Shown piece by piece: positions 1-10,014 of a stretch of 64,000 bases of DNA (the first letter of the stretch is position 1; each line of letters begins with the position of its first letter). The stretch is from positions 1,116,001-1,180,000 of the forward strand of contig CP060755.1 in NCBI GenBank assembly GCA_023205875.1. The letters are read 5' to 3'. Position numbers and translations under genes: made by a program. The notes under the pieces are model-generated. The model did not search any database. It was not told the DNA's origin and saw only the letters and a program-made list of their open reading frames with translations. Source of the stretch: Chloropicon primus (taxonomy: Eukaryota).

Positions 1-1377
1 TTCGTAGTTTCTGACGCTCGCGGGGGAGTCAAGGAAAGTCTCTCCGTAGGCAATCGATCCCAAGAGCGCCTCGTCGCTTCCCTGGCTCTTCAGACCGCTC
101 GTGGACATTTTGAACCTCTTCAACCTCTTCGAACCAACTTTGGGGGGGAAGACGTTTCCTGCGATGTCAACCTCCTCCAAGTGGAATTTGAGAGGCAAAG
201 GCTTCACCTTTCTGGCGGCGAGAGCGTTGGCGAAGGTCTTGCTAGCCACGTCCTCCACGTCCTCGAAGCTGGCGTTCGAGCTGGTCGAGAAGAACTCCAT
301 GGCAGCCGCCCCGGCGTCGATCAAGCACGCGTAAGCACGGTAGAGGTAGAGCACGTCCGACGGACTCCAGCGATTCTTGATCCCCTGAAAGTCGTCGATT
401 TCGTACAGGTCCTCGTCCGTTGGATAAAACCCGCCCTCGCGAAGCCTCGCACTCGACAGGAAGTAAGTCCTCGCGCAGGCGAGGACAGTCTTTGGGTCCG
501 CGAGCTCCAGGATGAAGTGAAGCGGTGGCTCCTCGCCGGGCTGGCGCAGTGGCAGGCTCTCGTCCTTGGTGCTGTCGAGTTTGCTGGTGTGGTGACCCGC
601 AAGCAGCCTCGGCCTGAACAAAGAAGGGATCCGCGTGTCCCCCTTGCGGGCGATCCCGCAGCTGTAATAATCGGCAAAAGGCTCCAAGAGATCAGACTCC
701 TCCAACTCCACGAGGTTGTGCAAGCTCTCTCTGTCGAGGAGGGACATCACCTCCGAGAAGTGCTTGGTGAACATGTAAAGTGTGCCGCGAGCCATCCTTG
801 TGAATGCCTGGCCGTCGAGTTGGTGGTAGACTCTCTGAATACTTTCGAAGAGAGACTGCGTCTTGAAGTTCATGGTGAAAAATCCAGACCTTCCCACCCC
901 CTCGATACCGTAGGACTGGATGAGCGGCCAGCTCTCTACGTTCATGTCTTTGCAGGGCAAGCCGACTACGCGAAGGTCTTTCACCATCTGGACAAAGCTG
1001 CCTATTTTGTACTCCTCGAGGATGTCCGTGTCCTGCTCTTCCGCTTCGTGTGGCTTGAAGATCTGGGAGTGCTCTATCCCGCAAGCCAGGAGATCCACGA
1101 TGCTGTCGTGGGCTCGAGTTGGGCAGTAGCATCTGAAGCTGTCCCGCGTCACGAGAAACACGACGTCTTCCAAGTCGTGCCCCACCATGGAAGTCTCGAA
1201 GACCTCGTGCCCGCTCTTTCCCTCGAGCAAGTAGGAGAGGGCCTGGGCCGTCGCCTTGTCGAAGTTCCCATCTATCCCCGCCACAAGGAGAAGCCCGTCT
1301 ACTTTCGACTGAGTAACCACCTCCTGCAGGACTCTCAGCCGGTGGAGGCCTCCCTTACCCGTCCTCCCCCCCCTCAT
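1..1377 (-). CDS. DNAAF9: Dynein axonemal assembly factor 9 (Shulin/C20orf194) homolog, 5' part; runs off window start
   Basis: Not in ORF track. Manual translation from ATG 1377: MRGGRTGKGGLHRLRVLQEVVTQSKVDGLLLVAGIDGNF...LEDVVFLV...EEYKIGSFVQMV...WPLIQSYGIEGVGRSGFFTM, matching recalled C20orf194 N-terminal motifs ([42 protein letters not shown]). Confidence 0.85.
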   Translation of the reverse strand, partial: MRGGRTGKGGLHRLRVLQEVVTQSKVDGLLLVAGIDGNFDKATAQALSYLLEGKSGHEVFETSMVGHDLEDVVFLVTRDSFRCYCPTRAHDSIVDLLACGIEHSQIFKPHEAEEQDTDILEEYKIGSFVQMVKDLRVVGLPCKDMNVESWPLIQSYGIEGVGRSGFFTMNFKTQSLFESIQRVYHQLDGQAFTRMARGTLYMFTKHFSEVMSLLDRESLHNLVELEESDLLEPFADYYSCGIARKGDTRIPSLFRPRLLAGHHTSKLDSTKDESLPLRQPGEEPPLHFILELADPKTVLACARTYFLSSARLREGGFYPTDEDLYEIDDFQGIKNRWSPSDVLYLYRAYACLIDAGAAAMEFFSTSSNASFEDVEDVASKTFANALAARKVKPLPLKFHLEEVDIAGNVFPPKVGSKRLKRFKMSTSGLKSQGSDEALLGSIAYGETFLDSPASVRNYE

Positions 1378-1715
1378 CCTTCTCCTCCTCGTTTCCCTTT
1401 CCTTCTCAAGCCGCGCCCCTTGGCCTTTCGCCAGACCCGCCGTGTTTCCTTCGACCACTCGCTGAAACGAAGATACGGACGAAGATACGGACGAAGATAC
1501 GATCTCGTGCCCCCACCTCGCGTCCTCCACCTCGCGTCCTCCACCTCCCCTTTTCGCGCGTCTCTCTCTCTCTCTCTCCAGTCCCCTCGCTCCTGTCTGT
1601 CGATTTGAAACCACCTTTACGATAACTTTGGTACCTCATTATCTTTAATAGTTCGTCGTTATCATTCTTCTGCTTCGCTGGCCTTGGCTTGGGAAGGGCA
1701 AGAGGAAGAGAGGTG

Positions 1716-2765
1716 ATGGCGATGGATGCCGCGACAGAGACGCTCCTGGAGGCGAAGCGGGAGCTGGAGAAGCTCCTGAAGGAGACCGAGCAATGTCTGA
1801 AGATCGTCAAGGACAAGGATGGGAAGGAGGTGGGGGAGTGTCTCGACAAGACCGTCAAACCCTGGGCGAAATCCTTGGTCTCGTTTTGCAACGAGCAAAA
1901 GAAGGCTGCGGAGGGTGTTCTGAGTTTGGAGGCACCGCCGATGCCCAAGCAGGTGATCGACGAAAGCAAAGAGGAAGCCAAGGGGGAAGACAAAGCGACC
2001 GAAACTTCGAAGGAAGAAGGGCAGGGCGGGAAGAAGGAATCCCGGAAGGGTTCTGGGGACACCACGGAGAACTCGGAGGAGAAGGAGGAGGAGAAGCCTT
2101 CGGCACCAGCGGAGGAGGAGAAGGCCAAGGAGGCTGAGACCGACAAGAAGGAAGCCGGCAAGGAGGGAGAAGATGATCTGCCTTCGCTACCCACCAAAAA
2201 AACTAGGAAACCGAAGGCGAGAGGGCGGAAGCTGCCATCGAAGAACTTGCTCGCCACGAGGGCTAAAGAGGAGGACGAGAACGCGGCAGCGATCAAGCTG
2301 GAAGAGAGCGACATGCCCGATCAGGTGACCAAGGTGGAAGACGACGACTTGCCAGTCAGGCGAGGAACTCAAGCGGTTCCGATCTTCAACGCCGGAGTTA
2401 TGGGTGAGCTGAACAAGGCCCTTGGGGCAAGGGTAAAGAGAAAGAGCACTGCCGAGAAGAAGGAGGAGGAGGAGGGCGGAAAGGACGAGCCGGGGCAGGA
2501 CAAATCCGGGTTTCAGCAGCCGCAGCAACCTCTCGCGGCACTCAAGCCAGTCAAACTCCCGAGTCCCAAGCCTGCGGCCAGCGAAGAGAGCAAGGAAGCA
2601 GAGTCAGCTGGTATTCCAGCTTGGAAGCTCGAGCTGCAAAAGAGGAAGCAAAGAAAGTCCACCGGTGGCCCCGCCAAGGCCCCAGAGCCCAAGGCTGCCC
2701 CAACCAGCCCGGTGAACGAGCTCGCTGCCATCCTGCAGCGGCGAAAGGAAAAATCAGGCGGCTAA
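1716..2765 (+). CDS. Charged low-complexity protein, possible actin regulator (CPI-like and EVH2/WH2-like motifs)
   Basis: 350-codon E/K-rich ORF with coding-like codon use; motifs LPTKKTRKPKARGRKLPS, GVMGELNKALGAR, PAWKLELQKRK, NELAAILQRRK. Confidence 0.65.
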   Translation: MAMDAATETLLEAKRELEKLLKETEQCLKIVKDKDGKEVGECLDKTVKPWAKSLVSFCNEQKKAAEGVLSLEAPPMPKQVIDESKEEAKGEDKATETSKEEGQGGKKESRKGSGDTTENSEEKEEEKPSAPAEEEKAKEAETDKKEAGKEGEDDLPSLPTKKTRKPKARGRKLPSKNLLATRAKEEDENAAAIKLEESDMPDQVTKVEDDDLPVRRGTQAVPIFNAGVMGELNKALGARVKRKSTAEKKEEEEGGKDEPGQDKSGFQQPQQPLAALKPVKLPSPKPAASEESKEAESAGIPAWKLELQKRKQRKSTGGPAKAPEPKAAPTSPVNELAAILQRRKEKSGG

Positions 2766-3269
2766 GTGTAACGACACGTAGCTTGTGATCCACCTTGATG
2801 CATCAAAATCCAAACTCCCTACGTCGTCCCATCCTGGTGCTCTCGCGCTTGTGGTGGATTCCACCTCGTGTTGTCCATCGTTGAGAGGTCATTCCCCAAA
2901 TACAACACCCACCGCCTTCTCTCGCCTTCGGATTCCCACCACGTCCCCAAGGACGAAAATGAGGCGACACTGGTTCAGGAAGAACTCCTCTGCAGTCCGG
3001 GTGACCGGGCCAAGGAGCTTGGAGCTCGGCTCGTTACGCCGACCGTGTTTTGGTATGATGCAACCGATCGATACATCATCATCGTCTCAAGTCTCAAGTC
3101 TCACCCTCGATCCTCTGCTTTATTATTTCAAGAGGAATGGTTTTTAGTCTTGCGTTTGGGTTTGGGATCGTTTAAATTTTTTTGAGAGGGAGACAGACGA
3201 AGAGGTGGGTGGAGGTGCGAGAGCGCGGGAGGGACAAAGGTGGGGTCTTTGACACGCGCAAGGGTCACG

Positions 3270-6200
3270 ATGTCGGACCACATCATCGCTCTTGTGATAT
3301 GGTACGCTCGGGAAGGTCTCGGAAGGCACGTCCAGGTTTTGTGCTCCGAAGCTATTCGGAGGAAGCGAGGGGACGTTGCCTTGCAACTATGGAGGGCGTA
3401 CGGTCTGTGCCTCGAAGGCTCTTACTCCGAGGCGCTGCGAGAGCTGCAGGCCCTGTCCAACAATCAGGAGGTGGCGCTGCCAAGGATCTTGCTTCAGATA
3501 CACTCGCACAAGCAAGCCCGCGTGGTGGACGAGGAGACCCTTCAGGACCTCGAGTTCTACCTCCCCAACGAGGAGAAGGTTGCCACTGAGAGGTCGCTCT
3601 ACTTCTCAGCGGTGTTTTGCTGGCTCATGGGCGAGACGGACAGGGCGAGGGACTACTGCAGCAGCATTCTCCGAGTGCAGCCAAAATACCACAGGGCAAC
3701 CGCCCTTTTGGGTTGGATGTGTGGTGAATCTTCTGACGGAGCGGGAAGAGCGGACCTCTCCCAGGAGTCGATGCCGTACTTCGAGAAGGCCCTGTCCCAG
3801 GGCACGGACGATGTCCTCGCCTTCCTCGGCAAGGCCCTGTGCTTCGACATCTCCGGGGACACCAGGACAGCAATCCAGTCCCTGACTGAGCTGGGTTTGC
3901 GGTTTCCGTGGTTCTTCCCGGCCTTGAGCGAGAAAATCCAGTTGCTGATCAAGGTCGAGGACTGGGAGCAGGCGTCGGAGGACGCCCGGAAGCTTGTGCA
4001 ACAGGACAGCAAGAACTTGGACGGGCATCTTTTCGACGTCTTTCACCTGCTTGCGAGGGAAGGCAGAACCAGCATGGGCCTGCAGAGACTGGAGGAGCTG
4101 TGCACTGTCATAGAGAGCGTGGAGCCGAGGAATCCGAAGCTGCTGTGCAGAATCTCTTCGCTGATAGCGCGCTTGTCCGCGGGCAGCAGCGCCATCCTTG
4201 GCATCACAAAGGACCTCATGAAAAGTGCGTGCAAGCTGGCTCCAGATTCAAGCGAAGCTTTGATCGAACAGGGGTACCAGTTGCAGCTTCTGGGCCAGTA
4301 CCAGGAAGCAATTGATCTCTACACCTTGGCAGGCCAGCTTGATGACATGAATCCAAAGTGTCTGTACGCTTCCCTTCAGTGCCAGATCTTGCTGGGCCGC
4401 ATAACTGAAGCTAAGTCCCAGCTCAAGTTCCTCAAGGCGATGACCAGTGAGAACGAAAGCAACGAGATTCACCTGTGCGAGGCCCTGCTCATCAACGCGA
4501 CGACCAAAGACCTGGGTGCGATGCTCTCCCTCGTTTCCGACGCGTTTGATATGCAGGTGAAACGCGTGGCGAGAGGAAGAACGGGTTACGACGCGGTCCG
4601 CGAGCTATGCCCCCCGCTCCTCTTGCAGATGGCTCAAATTTTGTTGCACCACTGCACCTCGTATCCAGACCCATACATGAACAGCACCCAGAAGAACAGC
4701 ATTGAGCAATGCAACGTAATTCTGGAGATGCTCGTGAGGTACGCGCCCGGGCTTGCTTACACGCAGCTCTTGCAAGCGAAATGCAACTTTCTGCTTGGTA
4801 AGACTGACGCGGCGAAGATGCAGATCACGAAGGTCTTGCGGTTGAATCCAACGGACTCGGAGGCCCACGTCTTGCTCGGGCAGATGCACATACACGCGGA
4901 GAACTTCGATCTTGCCCACCAGGAGCTCCAGCAAGCAGTTTCGCACAGCTTCCAAATCAGGGACAACATGCAGTACAAGTTCGCGAACGCTCGGATACAA
5001 GCGTACGACGGGAGGTGTGAGGAAGCCACGAAGATCCTGCTGGAGCTGATGTCCTTCCAGGGAAGCAACAAGGACGTGAAGACGGGTTTCAAGTTCGGTT
5101 TGCTCTCCTCGGAAATCAACAGGTCAGACCTGGCCTTAATGTTCCTGCAGCTGGTGGACATGCACTCGAAGTTGGGAAAATCTGACGAGGCACGCAAAGT
5201 GATGAAAGATGCTCTCGAAGAATTCAGGGGGACCCACGAGGAGATGAAGATCATCTTGGCAGAGTGCAATCTGTTGCTCGAGAGCGGCAACGTCAAAAAG
5301 GCTCTTGAAAAGTTGGAGACAGTGGATCGGGACTCCCCATACTTTGCTACGAGCCGAAGTGCGACTGCTGATATTTACCTAAAGAAGTTGGGCAACAAGG
5401 AGAAATACGCGCGGTGCTACATGGAGATCGCGGACAAGGAGCCCTCGGTGAAGAACCTGATCACCCTGGGCGAGGCGTTCATGCAGATCCAAGATCCAGC
5501 CAGGGCGATCAGCGCGTACGAGAATGCCTTGCGGATGAATCCAAGGGACGGGGAGCTCCCGTCGAAGATAGGCAAGGCCTTGATCTCGACCCACGACTTT
5601 CACAAGGCCGTTGAGTACTATGAGAGGTCCGTCCGCAACGACCCTTCGAATCTGTTGCTGCAGTACGAGCTCGCGGAGCTTTACTTCAAGCTTCGAAAAT
5701 ACGACGCGGTCCAGAACCTCTGCAAAAAGATTCTTAAGGCCGGGAGCAAGGAAGGCAATTACGAGTCCATCAAAATCAAAGCAAATCTCCACATTCTTCT
5801 GCACTCGATGTACAAGGAAATCGGAGACGCCACGGCGTCGATCGAGAGCTTGATCCTTGCAAAGGAGAGCCAGGAGAGCCTGATACAGCACGCCAAGACC
5901 GAACGCCCGGAGAGTCTGTACACCGAGAGCCAGAAAGCTTGCAAGATTTGCCACATGATCGGGGTGGATTACAGGGGCAACAGGATGCACTACAAGGCCA
6001 TGGAATATTTCGAGCAGGCCAAGAAATACGAAGAGGGGAACATCGCGGTGATGCTAGACCTTGCGAAGACTCACCTGGCTTGCGGGAACGCAGATGCTTG
6101 CCAGCAGTACTGCTCGCAGGTTCTGCGTCTCGACCACAACCACGAGCAGGCCACGATGATGTTGGCAGAGCTCCTGTTTCAGAAGGAAGACTGCGAGACC

Positions 6201-7187
6201 GCAATCTTCCACTTTCAGCAGATACTGGGGAAGAAACCTTGCCACTACCAGGCTCTCTGCCAAATGATTCACCTTCTGAGGAGAACGGGTAAGCTCAAAG
6301 AAGTTCAGACCTACATAGACGCCGCGGAGAAGGAGAATGTGCCAGGGAAGCTGGACGCGGCCTTGTATTTCTGCAAGGGCCTGCAAATGAAATACATGAA
6401 GAAGCCATCCAAGTCCCTCTCGATGCTGAATCTGGCGAGGAAGGACCGGACGTACGGAACTGAGGCTATCTTGACCATGATCGAGATCTACCTCAACCCC
6501 AAGGAGGGAGGTCTGTGGGACGAAACTCCGGTGAACGAAGATGACATCGAAGCAGCGACGACCTTGATGCAAGAGATTCAGAACCACTCGTCCGTCGAGA
6601 AAGACGTTCTCGAGGCTTACATCCTGATGGCAAGCAAATCAAAGTCTGGCATCGAAAAGGCCCTCCAGAGGTTGGTCGGGATGACGAACAGCAGCCAGGA
6701 CAACGTTCCTGTCCTTCTTGCCATGGCAACGGCTTTCTCTCTGCTGAAACAGACGCCCAAAGCGAGAAACCAGCTGAAGAGGATATCAAAGATGAATTAC
6801 AGCGTGGACGATGCGGAGGCATTCGAGCAAGCTTGGCTGCTGCTCATTGAGATCTACATCCAGGGCGGGAAGTACGACCTCGCACAAGACTTGGCGAAGA
6901 AGTGCATAAAATACAACAAGTCCTGCGGAAAGGCGTGGGAGTACATAGGCATCATCATGGAGAAAGAGCAGGCGTACAAGGACGCCGCGGACAAGTACTT
7001 GAGGGCGTGGAAGCTGGGGAGCAACAGCGACCCTCAACTGGGATTCCGCCTCGCTTTCAACTACCTCAAGGCGAAGAGGCACGTGGAAGCGATAGACGTC
7101 TGTCACAAGATCTTGGAGCAGTCTCCCGACTTCCCGAAGATAAGGGCGGAAATTCTTGAGAAGGCTCAGGCTAGCCTGAGAGCTTAG
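3270..7187 (+). CDS. IFT139: Intraflagellar transport protein 139 (TTC21-like TPR protein, IFT-A)
   Basis: ~1305-aa TPR protein; N-term WYAREG..EALREL; C-term KARNQLKRI, CIKYNKSCGKAWEYIGIIMEKEQAYKDAA, GFRLAFNYLKAKRHVEAIDVC typical of TTC21B/IFT139. Confidence 0.93.
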   Translation: MSDHIIALVIWYAREGLGRHVQVLCSEAIRRKRGDVALQLWRAYGLCLEGSYSEALRELQALSNNQEVALPRILLQIHSHKQARVVDEETLQDLEFYLPNEEKVATERSLYFSAVFCWLMGETDRARDYCSSILRVQPKYHRATALLGWMCGESSDGAGRADLSQESMPYFEKALSQGTDDVLAFLGKALCFDISGDTRTAIQSLTELGLRFPWFFPALSEKIQLLIKVEDWEQASEDARKLVQQDSKNLDGHLFDVFHLLAREGRTSMGLQRLEELCTVIESVEPRNPKLLCRISSLIARLSAGSSAILGITKDLMKSACKLAPDSSEALIEQGYQLQLLGQYQEAIDLYTLAGQLDDMNPKCLYASLQCQILLGRITEAKSQLKFLKAMTSENESNEIHLCEALLINATTKDLGAMLSLVSDAFDMQVKRVARGRTGYDAVRELCPPLLLQMAQILLHHCTSYPDPYMNSTQKNSIEQCNVILEMLVRYAPGLAYTQLLQAKCNFLLGKTDAAKMQITKVLRLNPTDSEAHVLLGQMHIHAENFDLAHQELQQAVSHSFQIRDNMQYKFANARIQAYDGRCEEATKILLELMSFQGSNKDVKTGFKFGLLSSEINRSDLALMFLQLVDMHSKLGKSDEARKVMKDALEEFRGTHEEMKIILAECNLLLESGNVKKALEKLETVDRDSPYFATSRSATADIYLKKLGNKEKYARCYMEIADKEPSVKNLITLGEAFMQIQDPARAISAYENALRMNPRDGELPSKIGKALISTHDFHKAVEYYERSVRNDPSNLLLQYELAELYFKLRKYDAVQNLCKKILKAGSKEGNYESIKIKANLHILLHSMYKEIGDATASIESLILAKESQESLIQHAKTERPESLYTESQKACKICHMIGVDYRGNRMHYKAMEYFEQAKKYEEGNIAVMLDLAKTHLACGNADACQQYCSQVLRLDHNHEQATMMLAELLFQKEDCETAIFHFQQILGKKPCHYQALCQMIHLLRRTGKLKEVQTYIDAAEKENVPGKLDAALYFCKGLQMKYMKKPSKSLSMLNLARKDRTYGTEAILTMIEIYLNPKEGGLWDETPVNEDDIEAATTLMQEIQNHSSVEKDVLEAYILMASKSKSGIEKALQRLVGMTNSSQDNVPVLLAMATAFSLLKQTPKARNQLKRISKMNYSVDDAEAFEQAWLLLIEIYIQGGKYDLAQDLAKKCIKYNKSCGKAWEYIGIIMEKEQAYKDAADKYLRAWKLGSNSDPQLGFRLAFNYLKAKRHVEAIDVCHKILEQSPDFPKIRAEILEKAQASLRA

Positions 7188-7236
7188 AATGTGTTTACGT
7201 AAATAAAATTTTGATATACTCTTTGCACAGGATCAG

Positions 7237-7970
7237 TTACTTCCTGGTCATGACGGCACGGACCCTGTCGTACATGGAATCGGCGTCAATTTCAGAAATG
7301 TCTGTGGCTTGGAGCTCGATGCCAATGCCATCGAGGCAGTCCCTAAGGTACTCCTTTGTGGAGGCGTACAACATCTTGGTCTTGATTGTGGAGATGTCTG
7401 GAGACCACATCACAAACACGAACTTGTTGAACTTGCATCCGTCGTCGTTGGTGTAGTCGTAGTCGTAGATGCAGTACCTGCAATCTGCGTCGGGCAAGGA
7501 CTCGGTGAACTCGTCGTACTCTGCGTCGCGTGCTCCGGTCGTTTGAAGAACCACGAGACCGGCAGCGAGGTTAATCTCGTAAACAAGGTATCTGTACTTC
7601 TTCTTGTGCTTCATGTCCTCGAAGGCATCCACGACGTTCTGAGCTACCCTGATTCCGCTAATTGATTTGGCTCCTTCTCTCGCCTTGAAAACGCCGCCAA
7701 CGTCTTCGTTGCTCGCGCTCGAAGGGGACTTCAAGCTCTCTGGCGTAGGCTTTGGTGGTGCGCTCACCGAAACAGGGCGGCTTGTCACTCTAGGCGAGGG
7801 CTTCAAAGGGAGGTCCTTGAGCTCGTCCTCCTCCTCCTCGGCAGGAGCGTCCTTCTCGTCCCCGGAGGTAGGGAAAGGCTCCACTACACCGCCTGCGGAG
7901 AGAGGCTGGCCAATCGCCTTCCTGAAGTCTTCCTGCGAGTTCACAAATCGTAAAGAGAGCGAGAAGAGAG

Positions 7971-8050
<80 letters not shown>

Positions 8051-8312
8051 GGAAAAGAGCGGTCAATTATTAGCAAAGCGTTCTCTGTTCCTGTTTTGGA
8101 CCCAAGAGCGGTCCTCTCCCAAATCCTCTTCCTTGCTCACCCACCTTAATTCCCTCCAACTCGCTCTTGGCGACCATACCAACCTGGAGGCCCACTGAGA
8201 GTTGCTGGCACCTCAGGAAAGTTTTCTTCGCAGTGTCATAGTCGTCCTGGGTAATGAGGCCCTTCTTCAGGGCCTCCATGCAGGACTCCAACATCTTCAC
8301 TTCTTCGCTCAT
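7237..8312 (-). CDS. ADF/cofilin with N-terminal extension; exons 8312-8145 and 7932-7237
   Basis: C-term ADF-H domain (SGIRV, LPDADCRYCIYDYDY, WSPDISTIKTKMLYASTK, LDGIGIELQATD). GT at 8144 and AG at 7933 join ...EGIK|EDFRK in frame. Confidence 0.85.
7972..8046. repeat. Compound (CA)n(GA)n microsatellite in the ADF intron
   Basis: Directly visible. Confidence 0.95.
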
Positions 8313-8785
8313 ATTGATACACAACGACGTCAACGACCCTCACTACTTCCTTGCTGTCTTCCTTCAACGAGAACCAAAGTACCAAGGTCTTGCACTTCAG
8401 TTGTTCCAGTCGCCGCACTCCAAGGTCACACTCTCTATCCCCTTGTTCGTTCACCCTAATCTAAATAGGAGAAGAAGAGAATTATTTCCATCCGAGAGAG
8501 AGGAGAGGCAGAAGTACCAAATGGGTCTTGACCCTCGTCCTGCCAGGCTGGTAGGGTTGGAACTCGGGCAGCGCGAGGGAGTAGTGCTAAACCCGTTGTG
8601 CGTCATTCGACAGAGCGCACCACCGCGATGTTCGGAAGGGAAGGCGATGCCTCGTCAACAATTGGAGCCCGAGAGCCTCTTCCTCCTTGTAACGCTTGGC
8701 GAGGGAGGCTCGGCGGAAGCGGACGCGAGACCGGGGGGCAATGGATTCAATTCACAAAGGGGGTTCGGTCAAGGAAAATATTTTC

Positions 8786-9592
8786 TTATTCTTCGAGCGG
8801 AAGGCTTGCTATGAACCGGTCCAACATCTCGAGCATCTCGCGCTTTTGGTTCCTGATCTGCCTCCTCTTCAGCTTGCCGACGTTCTCCTCCGTCAGAGGC
8901 GGGCTTCCGATAGCCTTCCTGGTCCTGCTCCTCCCCCTCTCGTTGCCGGCGAGGTCGGAGGCTTTACGCGATCCGGTGCCGCCGCCCCTCGCCCTCCGCG
9001 CGGGTCTCTCCTCCTCCCCCTCTCCCGACCTCGCCCTCAGCACGGCGTTGCAGGCGTACTTCCACATCGCCCTCGCCCAGCGCTTCTCTCTCTCCCTCAG
9101 GACCCCCAAAAGCTGCTGCACCGAGTCCTCGGACATTTGCCAGCCTTGGACCGCCTCGTTCTCCGCCGCCACCGCGTCCTCGAGAGCTTCCTCCATGAGC
9201 GCCAGCTGGATTTGGGACTGGGTGACGACCTCGCTGGCCATCTTCTCCGCCTCTTGCGCGATCTTCTCGGCCTGCGCGAAGGACTCTTGGTGCTGGCTGA
9301 GCTCGCCCCTCAGCCTGTTCATCACCTTGGTGCGCCTCCGGCTCCGAGTCGACTTCTTGCTCCAGACCTCGTTCGCGCCACTGGCAACCCCCTCGTTGAG
9401 CGTGTTCGTCACGTTCGCGAGAAGCGCGGCCCCGCGCTTCGTCTTCCCGCTCGAGCTGCCCGAGCCTTCCACGAGCACCGTCGTTGCGGGCGACTCAACA
9501 CTTTTCATTCTCACGAGGACGGGAGTCGCGGGTTCTTCCGTCCCGGTCTGCCACACGCCGAACTCCACAGAGATGCTCTCCGCCTGCGTCAT
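8786..9592 (-). CDS. Coiled-coil protein of unknown function
   Basis: ORF from ATG 9592 (MTQAESISVEF) with heptad-like E/A/Q-rich core; follows a GA-rich leader like other genes here. Confidence 0.6.
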   Translation of the reverse strand: MTQAESISVEFGVWQTGTEEPATPVLVRMKSVESPATTVLVEGSGSSSGKTKRGAALLANVTNTLNEGVASGANEVWSKKSTRSRRRTKVMNRLRGELSQHQESFAQAEKIAQEAEKMASEVVTQSQIQLALMEEALEDAVAAENEAVQGWQMSEDSVQQLLGVLREREKRWARAMWKYACNAVLRARSGEGEEERPARRARGGGTGSRKASDLAGNERGRSRTRKAIGSPPLTEENVGKLKRRQIRNQKREMLEMLDRFIASLPLEE

Positions 9593-9597
9593 GGCCC

Positions 9598-9630
<33 letters not shown>

Positions 9631-10014
9631 CCTCTCTCTCGCTGTGTTTGGTTTGGGCGACAGGTGTTTGCCGTGGTTTTTGAATTTTTGCGAGAGCGCG
9701 CCCAACCGTTACAGGGATTTTGGCTCCTAGGACTAGTCTAGGAGGGAGAGGAGGAGGACCACCTTGGCCAAAGTGTTTGGTTTGTTGGGTGGTGTCGGAG
9801 AAGGCGGCTCGGGGCGTGTGCGTGCGTGCTCGCTCCCTCCCCCGCTCTAACCCGCCCACTGAGCGCGCGGACCCCTTGGGGGCAAGAGCGCTCTCTTGCA
9901 CCGTCGTCGACGTGTGTTGCCACGAAATATATTCTATCAATTACATACCGTGGAGAAGTCGCGGCTTCACTTCAACCCCCATCATATACTCGCAACATTC
10001 CCTCCAGCCCCCGC

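Noticed and set aside
181..1608. 475-aa plus-strand ORF
   Set aside because: Antisense shadow of the minus-strand DNAAF9 frame; no recognisable motifs.
2785..3185. Short ORFs between the 1716 gene and IFT139
   Set aside because: No motifs or convincing splice model; likely UTR or promoter.
8460..8780. Possible structured ncRNA in this gap (also 16020-16300 and 61200-61500)
   Set aside because: No snRNA, SRP, RNase P/MRP or snoRNA box motifs recognised by eye; an Infernal/Rfam scan would be needed.
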